A stretch of DNA of 64,000 nt, taken from Eledone cirrhosa. Its lineage: Eukaryota. The stretch is from NCBI GenBank assembly GCA_964016885.1, contig OZ024742.1, positions 178,002,001 through 178,066,000 on the forward strand, given 5' to 3'. A program made the position numbers and the translations under genes. Of the stretch, positions 40,901-54,386 are shown one piece after another (within the stretch, counting starts at the first letter, position 1; every line of letters begins with the position of its first letter). The notes under the pieces were generated by a model. It was not told the origin of the DNA, made no database searches, and saw only the letters and a program-made list of their open reading frames with translations.

Positions 40901-42100
40901 CATCCTGACTAGGACGTAGTCCAAAAGATGCCATTCCTTAGATGCAGGATGCATCCATGTGGTCTTGAATTTGTTCTTTTGTTGGAACATGGTGTTGGTA
41001 ACACACAGATCCAGCTCCTCACACATCTGCAGCAGGAACATACCATTGCTGTTACACTTTCCCACCCCATGCCTTCCAATTACATTCCATGTGTTAAAAT
41101 CTCTACCCACTCTAGCATTAAAGTTACCAAGCACGATGACTTTGTCTGCCTGAGGGATATTTCTTAAAACACCTTTCAAGGCATGGTAAAAGGACATCTT
41201 TTCCTCATCGACAGAACTCATAGTTGGAGCATACACACTCACCAGGGTAGCATATCTTCCCTTGTCCAGCGGAACTCTCATGGACATAAGACGCTCACTA
41301 ATCCCTACTGGGAATTCTACTAATTTGTTCACAAGAACAGTCTTAACAGCAAATCCTACCCCAGCCTCTCTTCTGGTTCCTTCATCTCTTCCTTTCCAGA
41401 AGAATGTATATTCTCCACAAAATTCCGTAAGATGACCATCTCCAGTTAGCCTCGTCTCAGATAAAGCCACGATGTCAAGATCGTAACGTCGAAGCTCCTT
41501 TGCAACAAGAGCGGTCCTTCGTTCAGGACGCCCCAAGGAATCCCTGTCAAGCAGCGTCCGTAAGTTCCAGCAGCCAAGACTAAATGCCTTGTTTGGCTCT
41601 ATTACAATGGCACGATGACGAGCGGGCCCAGGCTGTGATAAGCTGGGGCCCCTGCCCTTATTGCCAATGATCTTTTTTGTTCCAGAACCTAAATTGCCAA
41701 TTATCTCTTTTATATTGTTCTGGAACATCATTGAATAGAAAAAAAAAAAAAAAAAAGTAATAATAATAGTAATAATAATAACAATAATAATAATAGTACA
41801 CTATTAATGATTATTAATGCACTCGTGCAATGCCTGTGCGTGACGAATATTTTTAAAGTGAGGAAAGACTGTGCACTGAGCCAATCCCACTCTCTGAGCG
41901 ACAGTAGCTATAACCCGAAAAGAAGAAAACATCAACATCATCGGTAACTACTGAGCCGCAGGTTTTATGTCGGAAGTTAACCCAGTTTCCTGAGATGCCT
42001 TCTCCTAGAAGAATGCCCTGACAAGGGCTAGGGGTTCTTCACTCCCAGTGGTTTAACTGCGCGATCGGGCATCCAGCCCGATTATTTCTATGTCCCCGAG
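37765..42100 (-). mobile_element. Near full-length RTE (BovB-like) LINE, decayed; 3' end separated by a microsatellite insert (37825-38190)
   Basis: APE, RT and C2H2-like fingers; 3' end GGCCATACTCGATAACGAGGGGGCAGCCATC followed by (ATGT)n; RTE-type 5' UTR at 41815-42100. Confidence 0.9.
38198..41731 (-). pseudogene. RTE ORF (AP endonuclease, reverse transcriptase, C-terminal C2H2-like zinc fingers), frameshifted
   Basis: LGCWNLRTLLD, DIVALSETRL, SVYAPT, LGNFNARVG, HLLDYVLVR, TDHRLV, NYRGISLLS, FVDLTKAFDTV, GVKQG, LLYADD, YLGS, LRWSGHLARM, C..CGR.CKSAGGLKRH. Frameshifts near 40100, 39800 and 39585; stop at 39138. Confidence 0.92.
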
Positions 42101-42459
42101 CAAAAAAAAAAAAAAAAAAAAATCACCTATTGACACTTATACGTACGACATACATACATGCATGCATACATACATACAGACTGACAGACTGACATATGTA
42201 CATACATACATATGCACATACATACATACATACATACATACATACATACATACATACTTATATACATACATATAAACATACACACTCACATATCTACATA
42301 TATATACATACATATATGCTTACACATAAACAAGAGACACAAAAACTAATACACATACACACACACACACATACACACTCACATACCTACATATATATAT
42401 ACATACATACATGCTTACACATAAACAAGAGACACACAAACTAATACACATACACACAC

Positions 42460-42498
<39 letters not shown>

Positions 42499-43184
42499 TA
42501 CACACATACACATACACACACATACACATACATATACATACACGCAGACACACAAACACACACACACACACGTATGTGCCTTCATCTCCTCTTCTATTCC
42601 TTCGTCTTACTACCTTTGAAGCTTCATCAACAAAATTGATTATCTGATATAAGTTAACAATAGTTAGATAAGATGGCGACCAGTATATATAAACAAAACA
42701 GCATAAACTGATCATCACTGATGAGATGAAAAGCCTGTGAAATATATTTACCGTTTAAATGCTTGGTTGGTCAGAAGAAATTTACTTCTCGCTTTTCTTG
42801 TTGACGTGGTTTCTTATTGTCGGTAGTGTGGGGTTTTTTTTTAAGTGTGATTTGTGTGTGTTTGTGAGAGAGAGAGAGAGACAGTGTGTGTGTGTGTTAG
42901 GGAGAGAGAGAGAGTGTGTGAGTGTGTTTGTGTGTGTGAAAGAGAGAGAGAGAGTGTGTGTGAGTATGTTAGTGTGTGTGAAAGAGAGAGAGTGTGTGTG
43001 TGTGTGTCTGTGTTTATGTGTGAGAGAGAGATAGAGTGTGTGTGTGTGTGTTTGTGTGTGTGCGAGAGAGTGTGTGTGTGAAAGAGAGAAAGAGTGTGTG
43101 TGAGAGAGAGAGTGTGTGTGTGTGTGTGTGTGAGAAAGAGAGAGAGAGAAAGAGATTGTGTGTGTTTTTGTGTTTGCGTGGGAG

Positions 43185-43270
<86 letters not shown>

Positions 43271-43394
43271 TGTGTGTTTGTATATATGTGTGTGTATGTG
43301 ATATCAACTTTCTGGCAATACTAGATCATTAGATCGCAGCTAGTTGCCTTCTTGGCTCCTCACCACAAATGAATATCACACTACTAATCTGTAT

Positions 43395-44662
43395 ATTTCT
43401 CCTTTTGGCCCAAAACCAACAATTTGAAGGGAATGGAAGTGTCTATTAAATTGATCCTAGTGCTATAATGGAACTTTATTTTATCAACCCAGTAAAAATG
43501 AAAGGCAAAGATAACCGCGGCAGGATTTGAACTCAGATCGTAAAGGGACGTAACTATGCTGGAAAGCATGGCGTCCGACCCTCTACTGATACTGCCAGTG
43601 CTATAATGGAACTTTATTTTATCAACCCAGTAAAATTGAAAGGCAAAGATAACCGCGGCAGGATTTGAACTCAGAACGTAAAGAATCTGTACATTTACCG
43701 TAACGACACTCTCCCAAAACTGCTTGTCTACAATGGTTTCTTATATGGTTTCTTATATAGGCAGAGGGCCAGCAATTTGGGGTAGGGGAAAGTCGATTAA
43801 ATCGACCGCAGTGCCTGAAGGGTACTTTATTTTATCGACCCCGTAATGATGAAAGGCAAATTAACCTCGGCTGGAGTTGAACCCAGAATGGCAAGGGCCG
43901 TAACTTTATGCGTCAAAGCATGGTGTCCGACCCTCTACCGATACTGCCAACCCTAACCTAAACTATAATAAAGTAAGAAGTGTGGGACTGCGTCCAGAAT
44001 ATATGTTTTATCCCGGTTGTAAAATAAGTTGGATTACTTTGAATAAATAATTGTTTCTACGTTAGGCACAAGGCCAGCAATTACCCAGTTCATTACTGGT
44101 ACTTTATTTTATCGACCCCGTAAGGATGAAAGGCAAAGTCAATCTCGGCGGGATTTGAACTCAGATCGTAAAGGGACGTAACTATGCTGGAAAGCATGGC
44201 GTCCGACCCTCTACCGATACTGCCAATCCACTTTGAATAAATAATGAATGAATATTACATAATTTATCTACTAAATTTCGATATTCTTGATTGAATATAA
44301 ATAGTTTTGTTGTTTATTTTAAGATTCACTCGTTTAAAATTTTTAAATGTCAATACTTCCGGTAGTCGATTAAATTGACCCCAGTGCATTACAGGTGCTT
44401 TATTGTAGCGACCCCGTAAGGATGAAAGGTAATGCTAACCTCGGTAGGATTTGAATTCAGAGCAACAATAATAATAATAATTGTTTCTACTTTTGCCACA
44501 AGGCCAGCAATTATCCCAGTGCACTTCTGGTACTTTATTTTATCGACCCAGTAAGGATGAAAGGCAAAGTTAACCTCGGTTGGATTTGAACTAAGACCGT
44601 AAAGGGCTATAACTCTATGCTGCAAAGCATAGCGCCCGACCCTCTACTAATACTGCCAATCC
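43395..44662 (-). mobile_element. Cluster of at least 6 SINE family A copies or fragments, all on the minus strand
   Basis: Copies at about 43395-43597, 43598-43685 (partial tandem duplicate), 43733-43950, 44052-44229 (16-bp TSD ACTTTGAATAAATAAT at 44036-44051 and 44230-44245), 44360-44460 and 44480-44662. Confidence 0.85.
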
Positions 44663-46402
44663 GATTAGTGTTATACAAAAATCACCCTTGCTAGCTAAGG
44701 AAAGTATTATCTGTCGGAGGTCCATGGTGTGACTAGATAGGTGACTGAATATTTCAGTATATTAATCAGCTACACTGCGTGATGAAATGATAATACTGAT
44801 TCTGATAATGAAAGAATGTTGGCTGGCGGTTGATAAAATGACACTTTCGTAGCCTCCAGTTCTTAGAATTTGCTGACATTAAAAAGTGGTTTGTGTGTTC
44901 TACACATCATTGACACTTTTACATGATCATATAACCAATGACTCCACTTGATAAAAATAGCAACCAAATTTCCTTCAAATCACATACGTTCTGTCTTTAA
45001 GAAAGTGAATACTTTGGATAATGTAGACTTAGATAGACTATTTCTTTAAATAATAATAGGATGACCAAGGGTGGAACACGTTCGATCTTAGATCTACTTA
45101 ACTGAGGCTTACTGGAGCTATGCTACCATCTGCAGCAACAACACACAACACCTCCATCGACAACACGGACACAATAAATAGTATCACTAACAAACCAATG
45201 ACGAAGACTATATGTTTTGGTGAAACTGGCAAGTAATATTTTATTGTCCAAATTACGACATTGCATCTTTAGGAAAGAAAGGATTCATTGGATGACGCGT
45301 AATTTAGCACTAAATAGAAGGCTGTGGATTGACAGGGTGGTTATTTCTTTTACAAAGCTTTGATCAGCCTTAGGCTATAATAGAAGTCACAAAGACTCTT
45401 GAGAAAGGGGCCACAAAACGTGGATATGAGAACACGTTGTTGTGTATCTAACACTTAACCATACAGCCATGCATATATTCATGTTAGAGAAAAAATAATA
45501 ACATTATCCATAGTTTAATCATGCCCTGAAAGTATGTATGTATATACCCTAACTCCTGATGGGGTCGTACGGATACCCTAGTGACATTTGGCGTGTCTCT
45601 GACATTTTTAATCTTGTAGATCCATCGCTGTACCAAATCTAAACAGCCAATTTTATTTTTCCAGAGGAGATAGAGTTAGGTAGAGAGGAAGCGAAAGAGA
45701 AATTTGGAGGAAGAATCTACCCTAGAACAGGTATATTTTTATCGACCTCGAACGAATGGATGGCAAAGGTGACCTCGGTTTTATTTGAACTCAAAGCACA
45801 GAGAGCCTGCACGAATAATCTGTCCTGAAATAATAATATTCGAATATCAACATTTATTAAAGGGTCCCAATATAACTGATTTTGTTAATGTATTTTACTC
45901 CTACACCAAATCTCAAATGTTAACTATTATCACAAATATCAATTTTTCATGTGGGAAAACTTACAATTTTTTTATTAATATTTTTTTTTTTTAATTCAAA
46001 AATATGTTAGACAGAAAAATTTTGTTTTTAATAATTTTATAATTTCCTGTTTGTTGAAAGTTGTTCTTCAACAAATGTTCATTTTAATTTTCTTACTGAA
46101 CTGGAATGAATAGAAAGTATGCGCTGCCTTCCACATTGATAATTTACATGCTAAAATTGCAAATGTCATTTTCTGCTCCAAGTGGTTTTTCCCTTTTCAA
46201 AGAAAACTTTACATTTAAATAAGCTTAAATAGGTCTTCAGGTCAAGAATTTTAAATAAACTTTGTTCTCTGTATCAATGATATAACCTTTACAATCTCAA
46301 GATACACACTTATACACACACAGACACATACACATATTATATATACATATATATATGGAGAGAGAGAGAGTGAGAGAGAAATAGAGATGGATAGATAGAG
46401 AG

Positions 46403-46449
<47 letters not shown>

Positions 46450-46606
46450 ATATTTTAGATGTGAACTCGTTCTAAAAAAATAATCAAAGGTTACATTTTT
46501 CATTTTGTTTCAAACAAATTCACAGCATATATTTATTGTATTTGACGAAATTATATTGCATTATTTGTTTTCATTACATTGTTATTATTTTTATTAATAT
46601 CATTAA

Positions 46607-46673
<67 letters not shown>

Positions 46674-47679
46674 TGGGATTTATGCCATTTAAGTTCATTG
46701 CATTCGGAAATTTACTCAGGTTTCTCATCTTTACGCATTGTTTGCATTAAAATTAAGATAAAGTTATAATTTCCCACCCCACCTCTTTTTTCTCCACTAC
46801 CAATAAAACATTAATATATGCTACGATGATCGAAATATTATGCTTTCTTATTTTTTTTCTTTCTTTTTTTTCTTTCCTTATTTGTTGTTTTATTTTATAT
46901 ATTCATTTTATTTATTTATTCATTTTATAGTAGAGGGAAGGAAAAAAATTTAAGAATGAAGTCCAATATTTATGTCTTTATATGTGTACAAATCTGTCTT
47001 CTTTTTTCCTTTTCTTTCTGTTCAGAATTCCTGACCTTTATAATGCTCCATGGTAAAAATGAGATGTATATTGAATTACTCAAATGTTAAAATTACTGAA
47101 ATCAGATACCTTCTCAGGGCTTATATAGTGTAGAAATATAGCACATCTACAGATAAGTAGAACAGCTATACTTGAACACTATCTTTATGAGTATAAAAGA
47201 TTAGTTTTGAAATTTGTACTTCTTCCATCGGAAGAATTAAATCATTCGGCGAATTTATTGCTCTTCAGAGTAGACACAGTATGATTAAACGATTAAGGAG
47301 TTTGCTTCGCAATCATTATATCTCGGCTTCAATACCACTGCGGGGAGCTAGTGTCATTTATTGGGTCATCAAGTATGGAATTTGTAGAAACTTCTTTTTT
47401 TTCCTACAAGTTTCTACAAATTTCATACTTGACGATCCAATAACATAATTTCGGGTTGATGCATGGTTTGTGAGTGAAATTGGCTGAACTGAAACCGTTT
47501 AGAAGCTCGATTGTACCTAAAATTCAAAAGGTTAGTGTTTCCACACACTGTGTCACTCTGGATCTCTCTGAGAATTACTTATCCGTGTAGTCCTTCGCCA
47601 CTTACACGTTAATTTCATGAACAACTGGAACTAACATGCGAAACCGACGGAATTCCATTGAAATAAAAATGAAACGCTA

Positions 47680-47830
47680 GTTGATTGGCAAAATCCTTAG
47701 AGCGTCGAGCAGCATGCCTGGGGCATTTAGTTACGGCCCTTTACGCTCTGTGTTCAAATCCCAGTGAGGTCAATTTTGCCTTCCATCCATTCGAGATCGA
47801 TGAAAATGTACCAGTCTAATACTGAGGCCG
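47680..47830 (+). mobile_element. SINE family A, diverged
   Basis: TGGCAAAATC...GTTCAAATCCC..TGAGGTCAATTTTGCCTTCCATCC. Confidence 0.6.
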
Positions 47831-48337
47831 ATTCCTTCTCTATATCTTTTACTCACTTACTTCCTCTCGCTTTCTATCCTTCTGTGGAAGAAATCGGCTG
47901 CATTCAGACATGGAGAGGAATTGAGCTTTGCCAGGCTTTAAAATTCCCAACAAACGCTTTATGTCAATATGGTTCCCCTACGACTCTATCAGGATCCATA
48001 CATAACCACCACCACCCACCTAATATGCAGGCTCTGTGCCTTAATTAGAAAAAAATTTAAAAGCCAGAAAAGTGGGAAACTGACAGAAGAGCAATCAATT
48101 GCGTCTTTCCTAGAGATTTAGATAGAATATCTAAATGAAAAAATATGAGATGTTTGCTCAAGAAAAGAGATTTATAAATCATTAAATTAGCAGACAGCCA
48201 GTAAAGGGTTTAGATGTTCAGATCTAGGCAGTTGATGTTCTTATATCTACTTAAATCCAGGGTCAGTTATAATTGAGAAGACAATCCACCCACGACCAAT
48301 CTGTTTCTATATCAGACAATTTATTGAGAAATGTATG

Positions 48338-48376
<39 letters not shown>

Positions 48377-48529
48377 GCTTGTAACCCCTGTTAGAGTCAC
48401 AGGGGTGCGGCAGTGACATTTTAAACCTGGTGGAGTGCATCCTCTAACTATCTGTGAACACAGCCGATTTCTTCCAGAGGAGGAGAGTGAGAGTAACAAA
48501 GATAATTTGAGAAAGGGATATAGAGGCAG

Positions 48530-48680
48530 AATCGACCCCAGTCCTGGAATAATAATGTTCTATCGGCCTAGAAAGGATGAAATGAACCTCGGTGGGATTT
48601 GAACTCAGTGCGTAGAGAGTCTGTACGAATACTCTAAACCATTCAGTTTGTTGTTCTAACGACTTTGCCAATTCGCAGTC
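48530..48680 (-). mobile_element. SINE family A, diverged
   Basis: ATCGACCCCAGT...GGATGAAA...CCTCGGTGGGATTTGAACTCAG. Confidence 0.6.
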
Positions 48681-50479
48681 ACTAAGAATATGTTTATAAA
48701 ATGTCATCATGTATTTTAAGACAGTAGGCTGTAATTGGTGAGAGCTTTCTCGCAGATCCCTCGTTGTTTTGCTATAGTCAGAGTTAAACTAATTACATTT
48801 CAGTGAGATATGAATAATAAGTAGCTGTCAGACGGTGAGGTGAACACGATTGCAGACATCGCTAAAACTAAAAAATTTATAGACGTTTTGTTATTTCACT
48901 ATTCTGAGTCCGTTTTCTTTTGTGGACTTGGGTCATAATAGACAAATCACTAACAACTAACAACTATTTTCATTTCTAATTCATCCACACTCCAATTGTC
49001 TCAAAAGAGAAAGTCTTTTATATTATAGCATAACTAATATTTCCAACATTTACCATTAATCTAGAATGCTTTTATCTTAATCAAAGTGATGGGAAAATGA
49101 AATAGAAATATTGTAAATGTCCTTTAAACCAGTCAGCATCGCAGCTAATTTGTAGTCTGTGAGAATACTACAAAATCCCATTGAGAGATTTTGTAATTGT
49201 GAACAAGCAACAAGGGGTCCTACACAACCGATAATTTAATAGATTCTGAAATGGTATGTCAGTTCTTCATTACTTTAGTTGATAAATGACAATTATTCTT
49301 TGTTCAGACTTTACTACTTGTGACATCTGCCATAACCTTAAAATAGCAACAGCAAATATTGCTTAACGTCCTTTCAATAACTTTCTTCTGGTTTTTATTA
49401 TCTTGCAGTGCAAATGTGGAGGCCATTCCAACTACATGTATGGAACTGTCAACATTAATAAATCCAAAAATTAAGAATTTCACTCAAGACAAACATTGAT
49501 TTCGAATCTGTGAAGAATAATAGAAAGTTGTTCCTGGAAACTTTCCATGAACTTTCTACTGGACATATTGTAGAACGAAATAGGTATTAATATTAAACAA
49601 GAAACATGGCATAAGTTCACCCAACAACCGTTCCACCATAAGCTGGAAGGACATATTTGAATTTATTTCAAGAGTAATATTCGAACAAATAGATTTCCAA
49701 GTAGCATTTATTTGTAAATGCTAAAGGTTATTATATTGAATTGAAAGTTCTTAGGAGTGAATTATAAAGCTTTTAATTGAAAGGGGATTTTCAGTTGCAT
49801 AAAACAGTAATAAACCTTTCGTGCTGTATTGGTGTGGTGTTATGGGATATAAAGCGGTTGATAGAAAATAATTTACGCCATGTTGTATAGAAACATAATC
49901 AGCTGTTGAGAAACCAAAATATACATTCTGATTTCAATTCCAGGTTCACATCACTTGTATCAAAACGAGACAACGAATGAGTCCCTACCAGGTGAATCAA
50001 CCTGCTAGAAATAGCAGCCAAATCTTCCGCAAATGACACCTTATTGTGTTTTAAAAAGGCCAAATAGAATAATGTATTTTTAAATGTGTAACAAAACAAT
50101 GTGAACACAGCAGTAAACATTCTGATCATAGTTCTGCTTAATCAGAGATTATCTAGAGCTAAGTAGTACGTGTATTTATATTATAGATGGTCGTCGAAAA
50201 TGTTATTATTACAAACGCCATTATATTTTCATTCTACATTGGTTAAATCCAGTGACATGTACGTATGTAGTATTAATTAGGAAAGCGAAAAAGAGATTCT
50301 CCGAATGGTCTTTGGGGTAATATTACTTGATAGCATGCGTTGGTTGGAGATCGGGGAGTCGCTCCTGATAGAACTGCTAATTCTCTAAATCGGGAGACCA
50401 AAGCTCCGATGCTACGAGCAGGCATTATGGATCTCTCTACATGTATATAGATATATATGTGTGTATATATATATATATA

Positions 50480-50495
50480 TATAAATGATTGTAGG

Positions 50496-50558
<63 letters not shown>

Positions 50559-51046
50559 GTAAATGACAATTAGAGAATGTTTAAACTTTCACACATTTAA
50601 TCAGTGACGATCGTTTCATCCTAGCACAAGGCCGGATTCATCGGAGTTGATAACAATAGCCAAACATGAATATAAAATCAAAACTTTCTCACAAGAACAT
50701 TAGGAGGATACATAATTGGGAGGTTAGATAAACATAAGTATGTTTTTTTATTTTTTTATTTTTCAGTTTTTATTGCTTTTATCTGCTCCTAAATTTTATT
50801 GCATTTATCTACTCCTATTCTTCATATATTTTTTCCGCCTCTGTTACATTATATAAATGTTGATGCGCATGCTTATCTAACCTCCCATATTATGTATCCG
50901 CCTAATGTTCTTGTGACAAAGTTTTGATCTTATATTTGTGTTTGACCTTTGTTATCAACTCCGATGTGTCCGACCTTGTGGTAGGATGAAACAATGTTCA
51001 GTTATTAAATGTTTGAAAGTTTAAACATTCTTTGATTGTCATTTAC

Positions 51047-51082
<36 letters not shown>

Positions 51083-51094
51083 TACATACCTACA

Positions 51095-51098
<4 letters not shown>
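50480..51098. mobile_element. Diverged inverted-repeat element (arms about 190-250 bp), each arm with a degenerate hammerhead; Penelope pLTR-like
   Basis: 50555-50737 is the reverse complement of 50872-51050. The minus strand at 50602-50648 reads AACT-CCGATGA-ATCC..GGAT-GAAAC-GATC-GTC. Confidence 0.7.
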
Positions 51099-51175
<77 letters not shown>

Positions 51176-51177
<2 letters not shown>

Positions 51178-51379
51178 TAGAAATAGAAGCTTTCACTGTA
51201 TTTTTGACTGAAAAAATTTTAGCCTGATAATGGGGTTTAGAACCCTCAGATAAATGGAAAAAGGTGAGTATTGGTACGTCAATACTCATCTTTTTCCATT
51301 TATCTGAGGGTTCTGAACCCCATTATCAGGCTAAAATTTCTTTAGTAAAAAAAATACGGCGAAAGCTTCTATTTCTAAT
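51176..51379. repeat. Near-perfect palindrome, arms about 98 bp, 6-nt spacer
   Basis: ATTAGAAATAGAAGCTTTC...GAGTATTG gtacgt CAATACTC...GAAAGCTTCTATTTCTAAT. Confidence 0.9.
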
Positions 51380-51569
51380 TTCAAACTTGCTCACTGTTTC
51401 AAAACATACTTATACATATATATTCCGCCTCCGTGGTATTTTCTTCGGGGTTATAAGAGGCTTAGCTCTGTTTCTCGACCGTTATATCGCGTGACTATCT
51501 CCCCCTCCGCCTTCTGGGATTCTTTCTCACGTCGTGTGGACGCGTTCTTGAGACTAGTAAAATGAGGTA

Positions 51570-51659
51570 TCCTCTTGATAAGTCGGCAGACCTCGCAAGG
51601 ACTCTATATCTTTATGATATATTGTTTTTGTTTATGCCACGAAACTACGTAGTCGAGGA
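51570..51659 (+). ncRNA. Type I hammerhead ribozyme, U3-A8 variant, third copy
   Basis: As 19173-19260, with a 2-nt insertion in the terminal loop of stem II. Confidence 0.8.
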
Positions 51660-52164
51660 ATTTAGGAGCAGTTTAGGTATGATACATTTTATTACTAATT
51701 ATATCTAAATGTTGCTTCTCTCTTCATAATGTATTTTTAACTCTGATACTGGTTCAGTCTGGTTCAACTGAATTGGTCTGTCCCAGTCATTCATTGAGCA
51801 ACGTCGGTGAAGTTGGCACCCTTAACTCACAGTTGGGTGCGGATGCATTCATGTATATATGTGTGTGTCCGCATGTATCTGTGTGTTTCTAAATATATTG
51901 TTAATAACTCCCCCTGGTCGAGCAACCTTTGAAGTGTGGGGACAGCTGGAAAGCTTCCATTACTCATACTTCTCGCCTTCTTCACCACCTCTTCTACAGC
52001 CTCGATATGAATACCCCCTCCGCCTCCGTGGTATTTTCTTCGGGGTTATAAGAGGCTTAGCTCTGTTTCTCGACCGTTATATCGCGTGACTATCTCCCCC
52101 TCCGCCTTTTGGGATTCTTTCTCACGTCGTGTGGACGCGTTCTTGAGACTAGTAAAATGAGGTA

Positions 52165-52254
52165 TCCTCTTGATAAGTCGGCAGACCTCGCAAGGACTCT
52201 ATATCTTTATGATATATTGTTTTTGTTTATGCCACGAAACTACGTAGTCGAGGA
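52165..52254 (+). ncRNA. Type I hammerhead ribozyme, U3-A8 variant, fourth copy
   Basis: Identical to 51570-51659. Confidence 0.8.
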
Positions 52255-52343
52255 ATTTAGGAGCAGTTTAGGTATGATACATTTTATTACTAATTATATC
52301 TAAATGTTTCTTCTCTCTTCATATATATATATATATATATATA

Positions 52344-53210
52344 TAGTATAAAAAAACGAAAAATCAGTGATGCATCTGGACTCAGTTTATTGCGTGTTAC
52401 AATTGTTTCGTCGGCAGGTAGCTCGAGACATGATCATAGTATGGATTTGGCTGATTCTACGGCTGCAGGTTCCTTCGGTCACAGGCAATTCGTTCGGAGC
52501 AAATTTTCTCACTGGGGTGTTATCGTCAAAAAACACCTTCAAAAAACATCTTCCACTCTTGTCATGCCATTGGCCGTTGTTATTCTACGTCATCATAAGT
52601 TCTGGTCACTATTTTTTACTGCTACACGGGTCATCAGACATTTTCCGTCCGACACACTTCAATGGAGCCATGCTGGGTTTGGTATCTCACACGTCTGTTC
52701 ACACTCCAGAGTATGTACCCACATATACACACACACATATACACACACACATGCAGGCACACACACATGCATGCATGCATACACATATGTACGCATACTT
52801 GTATAGACACACATACCCCCATGCACATATATACACGCACACACTCTCCCTCTCTTCCACAAACCCAGGCACACCCACATCCACAATCCGACCGCCACAT
52901 GCCTATTGGAGCCTGCCTAAACTGCGCATCTCACACGCACGCATACGCGCACACACGCGCAGACACACCACACGTCCACGCATACAAAGAGACATATCGG
53001 CGTTCATGTATACACAAACACTCTCATACATATACATGGATATACATGCACATACACGCATGTCCTTATGGATAGGCATCTATCTGCAGCCATAGAATCA
53101 GCCAGATCCATACAGTGATCATCTCTCGAGCTACCTGTGGGTGAAACGATTGTAATCACGCAATAAACAGAGTCCAGATGCATCACTGATTTCTCCTTTT
53201 TTATATACTA
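52344..53210. mobile_element. Element with diverged inverted arms of about 125 bp (Penelope pLTR-like or MITE)
   Basis: 52344-52468 versus 53084-53210; the arms contain GAAAC-AATT-GTA followed by AATAAA. Confidence 0.6.
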
Positions 53211-53292
53211 TTCACACTCTACTCTGTATGAATATTGAGTTCTAATTTTGGCATACCGCCTATGGAAGCGCCATAACTACCATTATACACAC

Positions 53293-53348
<56 letters not shown>

Positions 53349-53447
53349 TTGATTGTCATTTACATTGTATTTCGGTTCTGTATTATACTTGTTATTTTAT
53401 ATCGAGCTATTTTTATACTTGTAACTGGGTAATATTTATTATTACCC

Positions 53448-53518
<71 letters not shown>

Positions 53519-53523
<5 letters not shown>

Positions 53524-54386
53524 GATTGGTGCTCTGAAATAGCGATGTATACATGAATGTATGTATAGTATATCTGGCAATATACTGTATGTTTAATTAA
53601 AAACATTTTGAAGACCTTGCACTATTATTTTAAAGTAGTGACTATGTCACTTACTTCTTTTTTCAGCTAAGGAAATGTGATAAGCGGAGAGATCTGTTTC
53701 ACACTGTCGGTGTTCCTCAGAGCCTAGCACTCGCCGACCTTTACCGAAACTTATAGAGGCTGGATTCTTATAGAATTCCAGTAATATTCAGGAACTGATT
53801 ATACAGCGCGATTGCCGGTCCAGCAACAATTGAAAATTAGGATTGGTGCTCGGAAATAGCGATGTATACATGAATGTATACATCGCTATACACTGATTAT
53901 ACAGGGCAGCAAGTGCTTGGCTCTGATGAACACCAACAATGTGAAACAGATCTGTCAGCTTATCTCCCTTCCTTTACTGAAAAAAGAAGTAAGTGACATT
54001 GTCACTACTTTAAAATAATAGCACAAGCTCTTCAACATACAGTATATTTCCAGATGTACTATACATACATTCATGTATACATCGATATTTCAGAGCACCA
54101 ATACTAATTTTCAATTTTTGTTGGACCGGCAATCGCTCTGTAAAATCAGTTCATGAATATTACTGGAATTGTATAAGAATCCAGCCTCTATAATTTTCGG
54201 TAAAGGTCGGCGAGTGCTAAGCTCTAATGAACACCAACAGTGTGTAACAGATCTATCAGCTTATCTCCCTTCCTTTGCTGAAAAAAGATGTAAGTGACAT
54301 AGTCACTACTTTAAAATAATAGCGCAAGGTCTTCAAAATGTTTTTAATTAAACATACAGTATATTGCCAGATATACTATACATACA

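Larger units (their letters stand above)
51424..52323 (+). mobile_element. Second locus of the HHR monomer (595-bp period, about 1.5 units)
   Basis: Closely similar to 18864-20090 with scattered substitutions and small indels; flanked by TA-rich tracts. Confidence 0.85.

Noticed and set aside
42280-42455. Tandem duplication of about 95 bp (similar case at 63428-63600)
   Set aside because: Ordinary slippage or unequal exchange within microsatellite tracts.
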